The notes under the pieces: generated by a model
Database searches by the model: none
What the model was told of the DNA's origin: nothing
Seen by the model: the letters and a program-made list of their open reading frames with translations, nothing else
In this document: positions 35,651-45,417 of the stretch, one piece after another
How the letters are laid out: every line of letters starts with the position of its first letter
How positions within the stretch are numbered: position 1 is the first letter of the stretch
Translations under genes and position numbers: made by a program
Virus record (IMG/VR): IMGVR_UViG_3300020042_003898
Coordinates: 1,037-65,036 of that record
DNA from: a virus
Lineage: Duplodnaviria > Caudoviricetes
Reading direction: 5' to 3' (one strand)
Length of the DNA stretch: 64,000 nucleotides

Positions 35651-38600
35651 TTAAACTACAGTAACTGGCTGTGCAGTCAAGAAACTAACAGATAAGGTTT
35701 CACCATCTTGTACTAGTCTAGTTAGTAACTTAGAAGTATTAGCATTATGTGATACGTCTGCTCTCATTTCATGCCTTAATCCTTCGATGTTATTATTTAA
35801 TTTAATAACTAGATCTTGAAGACCTGATCCACCGTTTAGAATACCTGCTGTTGTACTTGCGTTGGTGATCTGTCCCGGTGAATTAAAGTTAATTAACTCT
35901 GGGCCTTTCTCACCTACTAGTGCTAATCCACCTTGGTATAAACCACCATCAGCAAACGGAGGAATTACTAAACCTCTATCTTGAGCAATTGTAGTTCCAG
36001 TTGCCTGTAAACTATTTGCTGTTAGAAGTTGAATTCTTCTTAGTTCGACCATCGTAGCAGCCTGTACACCTGCAATCTCTAATAGGTTTCTACTTAGTTC
36101 AGGAAGTGATTCTGCTGCTGCTTTATCACCTGCTGTAGCCTGTGCTGAAGCAATACTAAACTTAGCCTGTGCTGAAGCAAGACTTTCATTTCCTGCTCCT
36201 GTAGTCAATCCTCTGATTCGTTTAACTTCTTCAAAGATTGAATCTGTAACGCCTTGCCAAGCAGACTTCAATGCTTCGGTTGCACTTGCACTAGCATCTG
36301 CAATCTCTGCAAAAGCAGAACTTAGTAAGATTAACTTAGCAGCAAGTTCTTGATTACCAGCAGCCATCGCTTTATCAATTCTTGCTCTGTAAGCAGCCTT
36401 ATCTACTGGCATTGCTACACCAAGATCAGCCAATGCTTTAGTCATAGCAGAAGTAGCCTTTGCTACTTTCTCTTGCTCTGAATAGAATGATTGATAATAA
36501 GCACCAAGAGCAGCACCTGCTTTTTCAGATCCACCGAGTAAATCATTAAACCTAACAGCAGCCGCAGCACCTGCAATACTTGACTTATAAACAGTAAAGC
36601 CTAGTTGTTCAAATACTTGATTTGTACTAATTAAAACATCAGTTAACCTAGTCAATGTCTGAACAGCAGTTTCACCTTTTAGACTATATGCTGTAGTACC
36701 AAGTACTAACTTAGCCATAGCCTCTGTCATTTTATTAAACTCATCTTCAAGCATCTTGTCAATCTGTGCTTGATTCTTTTTCCTGAAGTTTAATTTAATA
36801 TCATAAGTAAAATTATCTAGTACATCAGCACTTACACCTAATGCTCCACCCATTGCAGAGACACTATCTTTGATTAGGTTGAACTGATCACCAAGAGCAC
36901 TTTGTACAGCAGGATCTAAAGCACTAGTCTTGGTTTTGTTAGATCTAAACATTCCCCCTTTGTAGTACTTGTAGTTCACACCAGAGAAACCTTCTTCTCC
37001 GCCGAATGTACCCTTGATACCAACTTGTTTAAGTTTTCTACCAAATAATCTATTTACACCAGCAGAAATTAATCCTCCTACTGGGCCAATGAAGATACTA
37101 GCAATACCACCTGCTATGTCTACCATGTTACCTAGACCTGTCTTATAGCCTCCACTAAGGCTCTTGCTTAGATTGTATCCAGCAAAGCCGTTCAAGACGC
37201 TACCAGCCATCATACCTGCCATCTCAGCACCACCAGCATTGAATGCATCAAGCATTCCTGATAGATTACCTGTCTGCATCATACCTGCACCAAAGTCACT
37301 AATAGCACCTTCTAGAGCACCAGAAACATAACCAGATAGGCTACTAGCAAGTTGATTATTGATGTAAGCACCACCTGCTGCTGCTACATTTAAACCACCC
37401 GAAATAGCACTATAAGCAGCACCAGCCCCTTCTGTGAAACTTCCTGCTTTAGATACTGCACTCATCGCACCTTTGACTCCACCACCGCCACCTGTGAGAT
37501 TTTTCAAGAAATCACCAGTTAGGTTCTGGATTAAGACATTTACGATAGCAGTAATAGGCTTCTTGAGTTCAGCAGTAATAGCATCACGAATCTGCTTTGA
37601 TCCTGCCTTACCCCCTTCAAATAAAGCAGTAACTACAGAATCAGTTAACTCATCTGTGATTCGCTTGTACTCATCTCTTTGATATTTTGCTACAGCATCA
37701 ATACCTGCTTTTTCAGTAGCAACTCTTGCATCTGATAATGTTTTCTCAGCAAGTGCTCTCTGTGCTATACTAGCAGCATAAGCCGCTTCGATCTCAGCAT
37801 TTGTAGCATTTGGGTTATTTAAAGAGTTCTCAAATAATAAGATAGACTTTGCAAGTTCGATATTTGTTCTGTTGATTTCTTCAGTCCAAATCTTCTGCTC
37901 TGCAATAACGCCTTGGATCTTAGCAGCCTCTGCTCCTGTAGCATTTAACAGTCTTTCTTGTAACTCTGCTTCTATTTTTCTGTTTTCGATTCCATCTTGT
38001 CTAGTCTTATTCCATTTTTCACTAGCAATTCTGTTATCATTAACTGCCTTTTGGAAGCCTAGAATACTTTCTATTTCTCTAGTAGAAACAGTTTTAGCAA
38101 GGGTATCTCTTAGAAGAATAAAAGCATCTGTAGTAACACCAGCAGTCTCTGCAAGATTCTGGATTTCAGTATTGTACTGCTGAGTAATCTTTGTTCTTGC
38201 TTCTGCTTCGCCAGTTTTACCTGAAGTCTCTGCTAAGGCTCTATCCCTAGCCTGAACTGCTTGCATGATACGATCAGAGTACGCTTTGTTGTACTGATCT
38301 TGATAAGAGTTAATTGCTTGGAGTTGAGCATCTTCAGACTGCTTTAATAAAGCAAGATCTTGACTGATATATGCTTCTCTGTCGATTAAACCGTAATCAA
38401 ACTTTAGTTTATTAAGTTTACGTTCTTCTTCGTTTACGCTCTTCGCTGCATTAATCTTGTCGGAGTACTCCTTCTTGATATTCTGCATTGTAGTATCTTT
38501 AGGAAGTGCAAAAGTACTGCTTGCTTCTTTTACATTCTTTAAGGTTTTTGCAGTAAAGTCAGCAACTGCTTTGGCAATCTCAACATCTGTTTTACCTGCC

Positions 38601-41284
38601 TTTTGACCAATATCTTTAATATCAGCAATTCCTCTTTCTAACTTTTCTTGATCAGTTAGACTTTTTGCAGTAATACTTGTCCACTTAGCAAGTGCTTCTG
38701 CCTGTCTTGATTGTTCAGCAGTTAAAGTGTTAGATTTACCAAGAGCAACTGTTCCTGACATTACAGAATTAACATATTCATCCTGTGCTTTCCTAGCAGC
38801 CTCTGCATCAAGTTTCATCTCAACGCCGATGTTTGCCGCACCCTTGAAATCTAATGAAGCAAAAGCAACTAACTGAGCAGCGATACCACCAATTTCTTTA
38901 CCTACAGACTTTAGTGTATACCATACTTCTGATACAATTACAGCCACTACTTGCCAAATTGCTTTAAATCCAGATATTAATTCATCAGAGGTTGATAGAT
39001 CCTTAATTGCACCCCAAACATTATCTAGTCCTTCTTTCATATCCATCCATAATTTCTCTATAGGAGAAAGATTATTAAAGATATTAGTAGCAGCCTGTTT
39101 AGATACCTCAGCAAGAGTCTGCATTGCAAGAGCAGATGCTTCTGCACTCTTGCCTTGATTATCTAAAAGCATAATCTGTTCAATAAGAGCAGGGTTAACT
39201 AAACCAGTTGCTTTTGAAAGTTCTAGTAAAGCCTCTACAGGTTTTTCACGCATTTTAGAGAACTGCTTTACAGTCTCTTCTATTGAAACACCTGCGTATT
39301 TCTGCATATTAATAGCAGCATCGGTAATCATGTCGATTGATTCTTTTCCAAATCCACCAACTTTTGCCATCTGAGTAATTACAGAAATACCTTCTGAAGT
39401 ACTTACTCCTAAAGTTTTCATTGAATTAGCATACTCAATAGCAGATTGCTTTGTTAAACCAAGTGATCCACCTGTTAAGATTAGAGCCTTGGATAATTCA
39501 TTCTGTTCTTTGATTGACTGATATGCTGCGATAGATAAAGTAGCAAGTACAGCAACAAGAGCAAGAATACCAACTTTACCTAATGTATTAGCGGCTAATT
39601 TTACTCTTTGTAAAGCAGCAGCAAATTCGTCAGTATTTCTTCCATTAGTAAGAAAGGATTCTCCCATTAAAAAGAGAGCATCGGTTACGAATGTTTTTGC
39701 TGCCTCACCAACTGAAGCAAATGCTCCACCAACAAGTGAAGTCATAGCACCAGCAGTCATCTTAATGCTCTCTACAGTACCTGATATAGCACCAGCCATA
39801 GCCTTCTGTAGAGCCTCTCCTTGGACTCCTGTCTGTGCGATAAGACCTCTGATCTGATCACCCTGCTGTAGCATTACAGTAAGAGGATTCTGACCAGATG
39901 CAAGTGATACAACAACGTCACCAATCTGAGGTTGTAGACCGCGCTGTAGATACTGGATCTGACGCTTCTCTTCAACCTTCATGATCTGCATTTGCTGATC
40001 TTTATACTTACTTAACTTAGCAGCAGCAGCATCACCAGTAATACCTGCTTGTCTTAAATGTCTTTCATAATTAGCAATTGATCTTGCTGACTTTTCACTA
40101 ATTCTAGAACCGTTATCTTGCTCTTCGTTAATGCTTCTAAGAACAGAAGCCATCTTCTCTTCTTCAATAGTTAACCACTTAGTAGAGTTAGCCATATCTC
40201 TATTGGCTTTAGTTACAGTACCAGATGTAGTACTAGTAGCACTTGCATAATTATTCTGTGCAGCAATTAGATCTTCAATAGCACGTTGTTCTACTTTAGC
40301 AGCACCTAAGTCAAATCTAGTAGTTGCCTCTTTAGTAGACATACCAGTTTGAACCATAGCAGCAATTTGATTTAATCTTTGTGTACTAGCGAGTACATCG
40401 TTGTTTGCTTGAACAATTTTAGTAGCAGCGGCTTCTGCACTTGCTGCTTTTTGATCTTCTGCTTTTCTGAATAAAGCAACAGCCTGATTCATCATATTAG
40501 CATTTGCTTGTTGTGCAACTAGCATAGCCTTTTCTGATTCTTTTAGATCGGCGTTTCTTTTCTTCTCAGCAAGTTCAAGAGCATTTGCTTTTGCTGCTGT
40601 TTCTAAATAAGTTGCTTGGAGTTCTTTTAGACTTCTATCAAATAACTTAACACCTTCTGCTGAAGATGGATCAATACCAGCAGACTTCATCTGAGCCTTA
40701 ATCTCTGATGAAATTCTACTGTACTCATATAACTGCTTGGTACTTAATGAAATACCTGCGTTTAATAAGTTTGCTCTATTTGTTAATGACTCAAACTCTA
40801 GACTAATAGATTTGATTGCACCAATTGCACTATCAAATGGATTCTTATTTAGACTTCCAATGATGTCAAAGGCTTCACGAATTCTCTTTGACTGCTGTTC
40901 TGTACCACCACCAAGCATCTCCATCTGTGATAGAGCACCTGAGAAAGATCTAGTAAATCCTTGACCAAGATACTTACCTAATAACTCAAATCGAGTTACT
41001 AATCTTTCTACTTTATCACCTGTCTCAACTGAAGCATCACCAGATTCAGTAGTAGACTTAGCAGCCTTTGCTTCAGCCTCTGCTAAGTTAGCAGCAGCCT
41101 TTGCTGCTTTCTCTTGTTCTTTTGCTAACTCTTTAGCAGCCTTTGCTGCTTCTCTATCTGAATTTGCTTTTGCACTATTGATATTATTGAAACCTTGAAC
41201 AGCAACACCTAGTGCCTCAATCTTCTTAATAGCATCATCTAGTTCTTTTGTTTCAACTACGAATTTAAGGCTGGTCAAATCCAT
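35651..41284 (-). CDS. tail tape measure protein
   Basis: 1877 aa, Ala-rich helical; lambda-type 'QIGDVVVSLASGQNPLTVMLQQG.QI' domain; 'FADGG...ALVGEKGPEL'. Confidence 0.95.
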   Translation of the reverse strand: MDLTSLKFVVETKELDDAIKKIEALGVAVQGFNNINSAKANSDREAAKAAKELAKEQEKAAKAAANLAEAEAKAAKSTTESGDASVETGDKVERLVTRFELLGKYLGQGFTRSFSGALSQMEMLGGGTEQQSKRIREAFDIIGSLNKNPFDSAIGAIKSISLEFESLTNRANLLNAGISLSTKQLYEYSRISSEIKAQMKSAGIDPSSAEGVKLFDRSLKELQATYLETAAKANALELAEKKRNADLKESEKAMLVAQQANANMMNQAVALFRKAEDQKAASAEAAATKIVQANNDVLASTQRLNQIAAMVQTGMSTKEATTRFDLGAAKVEQRAIEDLIAAQNNYASATSTTSGTVTKANRDMANSTKWLTIEEEKMASVLRSINEEQDNGSRISEKSARSIANYERHLRQAGITGDAAAAKLSKYKDQQMQIMKVEEKRQIQYLQRGLQPQIGDVVVSLASGQNPLTVMLQQGDQIRGLIAQTGVQGEALQKAMAGAISGTVESIKMTAGAMTSLVGGAFASVGEAAKTFVTDALFLMGESFLTNGRNTDEFAAALQRVKLAANTLGKVGILALVAVLATLSIAAYQSIKEQNELSKALILTGGSLGLTKQSAIEYANSMKTLGVSTSEGISVITQMAKVGGFGKESIDMITDAAINMQKYAGVSIEETVKQFSKMREKPVEALLELSKATGLVNPALIEQIMLLDNQGKSAEASALAMQTLAEVSKQAATNIFNNLSPIEKLWMDMKEGLDNVWGAIKDLSTSDELISGFKAIWQVVAVIVSEVWYTLKSVGKEIGGIAAQLVAFASLDFKGAANIGVEMKLDAEAARKAQDEYVNSVMSGTVALGKSNTLTAEQSRQAEALAKWTSITAKSLTDQEKLERGIADIKDIGQKAGKTDVEIAKAVADFTAKTLKNVKEASSTFALPKDTTMQNIKKEYSDKINAAKSVNEEERKLNKLKFDYGLIDREAYISQDLALLKQSEDAQLQAINSYQDQYNKAYSDRIMQAVQARDRALAETSGKTGEAEARTKITQQYNTEIQNLAETAGVTTDAFILLRDTLAKTVSTREIESILGFQKAVNDNRIASEKWNKTRQDGIENRKIEAELQERLLNATGAEAAKIQGVIAEQKIWTEEINRTNIELAKSILLFENSLNNPNATNAEIEAAYAASIAQRALAEKTLSDARVATEKAGIDAVAKYQRDEYKRITDELTDSVVTALFEGGKAGSKQIRDAITAELKKPITAIVNVLIQNLTGDFLKNLTGGGGGVKGAMSAVSKAGSFTEGAGAAYSAISGGLNVAAAGGAYINNQLASSLSGYVSGALEGAISDFGAGMMQTGNLSGMLDAFNAGGAEMAGMMAGSVLNGFAGYNLSKSLSGGYKTGLGNMVDIAGGIASIFIGPVGGLISAGVNRLFGRKLKQVGIKGTFGGEEGFSGVNYKYYKGGMFRSNKTKTSALDPAVQSALGDQFNLIKDSVSAMGGALGVSADVLDNFTYDIKLNFRKKNQAQIDKMLEDEFNKMTEAMAKLVLGTTAYSLKGETAVQTLTRLTDVLISTNQVFEQLGFTVYKSSIAGAAAAVRFNDLLGGSEKAGAALGAYYQSFYSEQEKVAKATSAMTKALADLGVAMPVDKAAYRARIDKAMAAGNQELAAKLILLSSAFAEIADASASATEALKSAWQGVTDSIFEEVKRIRGLTTGAGNESLASAQAKFSIASAQATAGDKAAAESLPELSRNLLEIAGVQAATMVELRRIQLLTANSLQATGTTIAQDRGLVIPPFADGGLYQGGLALVGEKGPELINFNSPGQITNASTTAGILNGGSGLQDLVIKLNNNIEGLRHEMRADVSHNANTSKLLTRLVQDGETLSVSFLTAQPVTVV

Positions 41285-41367
41285 TTTATACCTCTTTTAA
41301 TATAAGTTCATTATGAAGTAGCAACCTAACTACTTTCTTTTTGATTATGTTTGGTTATTTTTAAACC

Positions 41368-41396
41368 AAAAAGAAAGCCCTCGGTTAGGAGGGCTT
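41368..41396 (-). terminator. rho-independent terminator
   Basis: AAGCCCTC/GAGGGCTT stem plus T-rich tail. Confidence 0.65.
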
Positions 41397-41399
41397 AGG

Positions 41400-41783
41400 T
41401 TATTTATTATTCTTTTTGTTCTGACGTTCTGCTTCTTTAGCGTATATCTCTAAAGCGATTCCATCTAATTTAGAAATCATCTCTACTTCCCACTCTTCTG
41501 GTTTTACTTCAATAAGAGTAAAGTACGAGAGTATTTCAGAGTACTGAATAGGGTTAATACCGAATCCATTACTTGTTCTTTTATTATTTAAATCAACAAA
41601 CCACTTATACACAAACTGCATACTATGTGGTAACTCAAGAAGATCCTCAAGTTCTTTAGGTTTAATACCTGTTTGTCTTTGAACAGAAAGTAACTTTGAC
41701 CTTAAAGAATTAGACCCGCCACCTAGTTTAAACTCTTGACGGGTGTACTCTATTAACTCTTCGAGGTCTTCGGCGTAAAATTT
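41400..41783 (-). CDS. tail assembly chaperone, -1 frameshift extension (gpT-like); includes track ORF 41400-41621
   Basis: the -1 frame is open from the slippery site: (NF)YAEDLEELIEYTRQEF...ELPHSMQFVYKWF. Confidence 0.85.
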   Translation of the reverse strand, partial: KFYAEDLEELIEYTRQEFKLGGGSNSLRSKLLSVQRQTGIKPKELEDLLELPHSMQFVYKWFVDLNNKRTSNGFGINPIQYSEILSYFTLIEVKPEEWEVEMISKLDGIALEIYAKEAERQNKKNNK

Positions 41784-42172
41784 GTTACATCACTCGACTC
41801 TTGCATAATAGCATCACGAATCCAAGAGTGCGCTGTAAGAACCTCTGATGCCTTCTCTTTTGAGAAAGGAACTTCCTTGCCGTCTTCTGTAATACCTTCC
41901 CATCCTACAAGTCGAACTAAAGTAGATTCAACACCTAGTTGCTCTGCTTCATCAAGATCCATATCATCCAAATCTTTACCTTTGCGCTTTGCAATGGCTT
42001 GCTTCTGCTGATACTCTTGGAACTTCCTGCGGCTGTATGCTTTAACAGTACTAGACATATCACCTAGAATTGTTAGTTTAGCACCTGAACCTGCACCTGT
42101 AGGTAACTTTAGTTCAAATGTATAACCTGCTTCTGCTGCCTTAGAGAAGTCTTGCTTTTGTAGATCAAACAT
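41753..42172 (-). CDS. tail assembly chaperone (gpG-like)
   Basis: lies between tail tube and tape measure genes; 'LVGWEG...VPFSKE.A..L...WI..'; slippery A-AAT-TTT near the 3' end. Confidence 0.85.
   Translation of the reverse strand: MFDLQKQDFSKAAEAGYTFELKLPTGAGSGAKLTILGDMSSTVKAYSRRKFQEYQQKQAIAKRKGKDLDDMDLDEAEQLGVESTLVRLVGWEGITEDGKEVPFSKEKASEVLTAHSWIRDAIMQESSDVTNFTPKTSKS
41777..41783 (-). other. programmed -1 ribosomal frameshift heptamer AAATTTT
   Basis: X-XXY-YYZ in the correct phase (A AAT TTT) joining the two chaperone frames. Confidence 0.85.
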
Positions 42173-42235
42173 GAGTTGGTAATTCCTTTCGTTTATTAGT
42201 AAAAATAGATATAAAAATATCTAAGACTAGGTTCT

Positions 42236-42264
42236 ATTTTATCACCTGTATTCTGCATTGTCAA
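42236..42264 (-). promoter_or_regulatory. sigma70-like promoter for chaperone/tape measure genes
   Basis: TTGACA-17-TAAAAT right after a terminator. Confidence 0.75.
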
Positions 42265-42279
42265 GAGTATATAAGATAT

Positions 42280-42309
42280 AAAAAATCCCCCTACCGTTAA
42301 GTAGAGGGA
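42280..42309 (-). terminator. rho-independent terminator after the tail tube gene
   Basis: TCCCTCTAC/GTAGGGGGA stem plus T-run; nearly identical to 23799-23828. Confidence 0.75.
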
Positions 42310-42339
42310 AATTCTATTTGATTAAATACTAATCAATTA

Positions 42340-43551
42340 TTAGGCTGCTAGTGAGTCCTGAATAACAATTGTGGTTACATCAGCAGAACCTGTTGTAGGA
42401 TTTAATAGTGCTTGGAAATCACAAGAAGCAGTAATACCTTGCTCACCGTCATCCTTGGTGAAACTATTGATCTTAATACGTGGAAGTGTAATGCTCATGA
42501 AATCAGCATTAGCAGTATTATTTGTAGTTAAGGTAAAGATTACTGAAACTTCTGTTTCATTCTTGAATGCTTCACGAGCAACAGCATCTGTGAAGTAAAG
42601 GCTTAGACTACCGTCTACAATAGCGCGACCATCAAATGACTCAGAGATTGAGTTGCTACCTAGAACTGTAGCATTGCTGATATTACGGTTGATGTTAACT
42701 GAAGCATCTGTAACTACAGCAACTTGAGTACCGTTGAAAATAACAACACCGTTAACACCTGCGAATACACCAGAACTACCTAGTGCTGTTGGAGTAGTGA
42801 AGTACTGTGTAGTACCTGTAGTGTTAAGATCCTTGCCCATGAAGGAAAAGTCAACAGTAGACATACCAGTTGAAGGGATACTAATACCTACTGTATTAAC
42901 CTTGCAACCTGTGTAGACTTCTGATTGAGCAATGTCAGAGTAAAACTCTTCTACTGTAAATGAGTCAGAAGTATGACCTGTTTGTGGTACAAAAGTCTTC
43001 TTACCAAATACGCCGATAACACCTGCTGCCGTAACTGAAGTAGTAGTGAAACCAGAACCGTTTAGAACAACGAATGTCATGGTTAGAGCAGCAACAGCAG
43101 TAATGAGCAGGTTCTTGTTTAGATCACCAGCAACCGCACCAGTACCAGCGGTAATACGAATTACGTCACCAATCTTGAAACCGTCTGTAATCCATGAGCC
43201 TGAAGGACGAGTAAGAACAGTAGAAGTTGCTGTGAAAGCAGCAGCAGTACCTACACCTGTGCCAGCACCGGGAGCAACGAATGCCTTGGCTAGAGCAGCA
43301 GCAAATAGGTCTGAGTAAGAACCGGGAGATAGTTCACCAGAGACAGAACCATCAGCAGAACGTACACCATGTCGGAAGTCTGACATTTGGTAGTCTGTAC
43401 GAATTTCGTCTGACTGATAAGCATCTTTTGTTAGATTGAAAGATGAAGTAACTCTACGTAGTAAGCGACCACCAGTAGCACCTGCGAGAGTACCGTATGT
43501 TGATTCTTTCTTAATTGCTACTTGCTTTGAAATACCTTTTGCAATTGGCAT
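42340..43551 (-). CDS. major tail tube protein
   Basis: 'E..YG......R....S.NL...SDEIR.D', 'SFTVEE', 'GC.VN', 'IVDGSLSLYF'; siphovirus tube position. Confidence 0.9.
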   Translation of the reverse strand: MPIAKGISKQVAIKKESTYGTLAGATGGRLLRRVTSSFNLTKDAYQSDEIRTDYQMSDFRHGVRSADGSVSGELSPGSYSDLFAAALAKAFVAPGAGTGVGTAAAFTATSTVLTRPSGSWITDGFKIGDVIRITAGTGAVAGDLNKNLLITAVAALTMTFVVLNGSGFTTTSVTAAGVIGVFGKKTFVPQTGHTSDSFTVEEFYSDIAQSEVYTGCKVNTVGISIPSTGMSTVDFSFMGKDLNTTGTTQYFTTPTALGSSGVFAGVNGVVIFNGTQVAVVTDASVNINRNISNATVLGSNSISESFDGRAIVDGSLSLYFTDAVAREAFKNETEVSVIFTLTTNNTANADFMSITLPRIKINSFTKDDGEQGITASCDFQALLNPTTGSADVTTIVIQDSLAA

Positions 43552-43601
43552 AATTTTATTCCTTAAAGTTTAATTTGCAAATTTACTTTAATTCAGAGAG
43601 G

Positions 43602-44006
43602 TTAAAATACCCCTACAGAATACTGTATAAGAACAGGTACTATAATTCTATCTCCAATGATAGAAGTTCCTGCGATTTGTGGCGTTCTAATAATAATTAT
43701 TTCGCTTGCGCCTTCTACGAGAGTTGTACCCCTCTGAAAATAACTTCTTACTAACTCTGCTCTTGTTAGAACTTCTGAAGTTCCTTTATTACTTGGATAG
43801 CAGAGAAATACTTGGAACTCTCCTACCTCTCTATAATACCCATCCCCTATAGTAGGGTTGTCTGGTTGGTTAGGTGATAACTGTACTTTTTGGTACGGTA
43901 CACCTTGAGTTGGGGTAAATGATACTGCTTCATACGCAGTCTGTATAGAAGGAGTAATGCTATTAAGTGTCTTTTCAAAAGCCTTTTTAATATCTAATAT
44001 AGCCAT
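43602..44006 (-). CDS. tail terminator protein (DUF4128-like)
   Basis: 'AYE.V.FTP....PY....L.P......G.FQV...YP...G'. Confidence 0.75.
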   Translation of the reverse strand: MAILDIKKAFEKTLNSITPSIQTAYEAVSFTPTQGVPYQKVQLSPNQPDNPTIGDGYYREVGEFQVFLCYPSNKGTSEVLTRAELVRSYFQRGTTLVEGASEIIIIRTPQIAGTSIIGDRIIVPVLIQYSVGVF

Positions 44007-44527
44007 TAGTTTCCTTCATCAAAATAAGATTTTAGATCTACATTATAAGCACTAAAGATAGCATCAAATACAGGCCCATAAATACCATCTGGTGCTTGTG
44101 AAGAATATCCATTCTCAAGACTTCCAAAGGTAGAGAATGGAACTCCTGAATTAGCGATATAAGGTACACTATTGGTAATGTAAATACTGTCACCTAATTT
44201 AAACTTAGGAGTTACTTTCTCTGCTTTATCTTTAATATTATCAGCACCTGCATCATTCGCAAATCCTGTGAAGTAAGGATCTTCCATATTAAGGGTCATC
44301 TTCCAACCACCCTTAGCGTGTCCCGGTCTTGGTATAAGATTGAAACTCTTTTGACGAGCCTCAATATTGTACATTGGGTTCATCGTACCAAAAGGAGTAG
44401 TGTCGATAGCCTTTACTATAATATTATATGAAAACTTAGTAGCCATCTTCATTAGCCTACCTTCAACTTCATTCTTATAGTCAGTTATTTCTTTAAGTAA
44501 CTGTTTAGTATTCATCTCTAGTTGCAT
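44006..44527 (-). CDS. neck/tail completion protein (HK97 gp10-like)
   Basis: 'G...GGW', 'IYITNSVPYI...LENGYSSQAP.G' motifs. Confidence 0.75.
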   Translation of the reverse strand: MQLEMNTKQLLKEITDYKNEVEGRLMKMATKFSYNIIVKAIDTTPFGTMNPMYNIEARQKSFNLIPRPGHAKGGWKMTLNMEDPYFTGFANDAGADNIKDKAEKVTPKFKLGDSIYITNSVPYIANSGVPFSTFGSLENGYSSQAPDGIYGPVFDAIFSAYNVDLKSYFDEGN

Positions 44528-44538
44528 ACAAAAGCCTC

Positions 44539-44892
44539 TTAGACTACACCAATGATTCTATATAAAACAATTGAACCTTGAGCAGCATGACTCTGTACAG
44601 AATCTACTTTATAAGTTTTAGAATTGAAGATAATTAAGTCTTGTGGCTTAGGTACAAAAGCAAGCCCACCTGCATACAAGTAAAACATACCAGTATCTTT
44701 ACCAATTAAATTTGGATAATTGAACTGATTTACATTAAGATTTTTCATGTAAATCTTAACAGTATAACTAGTTTCTGTATTAGTTACAGATCCAGCATTT
44801 ACATCATACGTACCTTGAGTAACTGATTTATATGTACTAGAAAGACCATTTCTTTCAATAGCCTCTGATGTAGCCTTAGCAAATACATTCAT
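44539..44892 (-). CDS. head closure / head-tail adaptor
   Basis: synteny; 'G.YD...GSV' and 'PKPQD.I....Y.V' pattern. Confidence 0.7.
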   Translation of the reverse strand: MNVFAKATSEAIERNGLSSTYKSVTQGTYDVNAGSVTNTETSYTVKIYMKNLNVNQFNYPNLIGKDTGMFYLYAGGLAFVPKPQDLIIFNSKTYKVDSVQSHAAQGSIVLYRIIGVV

Positions 44893-44901
44893 AGTTGCAC
44901 C

Positions 44902-45324
44902 TTAGATACTAAATGGATCGTCATTTACAGGATAGGTGTATACTCCATCATCATTTGCTGTAATCACAGCATTTGTATCAAATACATCTACGTTATCTTG
45001 CATATCTTGTTTACTAATTCCACCGCAGTATGCATTGACAGAAGTTAAAACAGGATTTAGACTAGGATCTCTCAAGAACATTTGAAGAGATAGTCTGTAC
45101 TGTTCAGCAGCCTTGCTTCCTTTTACAGAAAAGATATCTACTGTTTCTTCACCTCTTAGAGATAACTGCAATAGGATAGTCCTAGCAGCCTCTAAAGATG
45201 CTCTACGAACAGAAGACTCATTCTTTGTAAGAAAGTACTCATATGTAGCATCATCAAGAATAGGGAATGCTGTATCTAAATCAGCAACTGCAACTCTGCA
45301 TTCTTGTATTAAAGTAAGAGCCAT
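44902..45324 (-). CDS. head-tail connector (adaptor)
   Basis: synteny after the major capsid gene; 'R...D.......LDD..Y.YFL' pattern. Confidence 0.7.
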   Translation of the reverse strand: MALTLIQECRVAVADLDTAFPILDDATYEYFLTKNESSVRRASLEAARTILLQLSLRGEETVDIFSVKGSKAAEQYRLSLQMFLRDPSLNPVLTSVNAYCGGISKQDMQDNVDVFDTNAVITANDDGVYTYPVNDDPFSI

Positions 45325-45417
45325 TTTAATCCTTTATTATTTCAGAGTTGTAACCTAAGAACACTATCAGAATTCTTAGGATACAAGGGAGCCGAGACTC
45401 CCGAGTAAAAAGCAATT

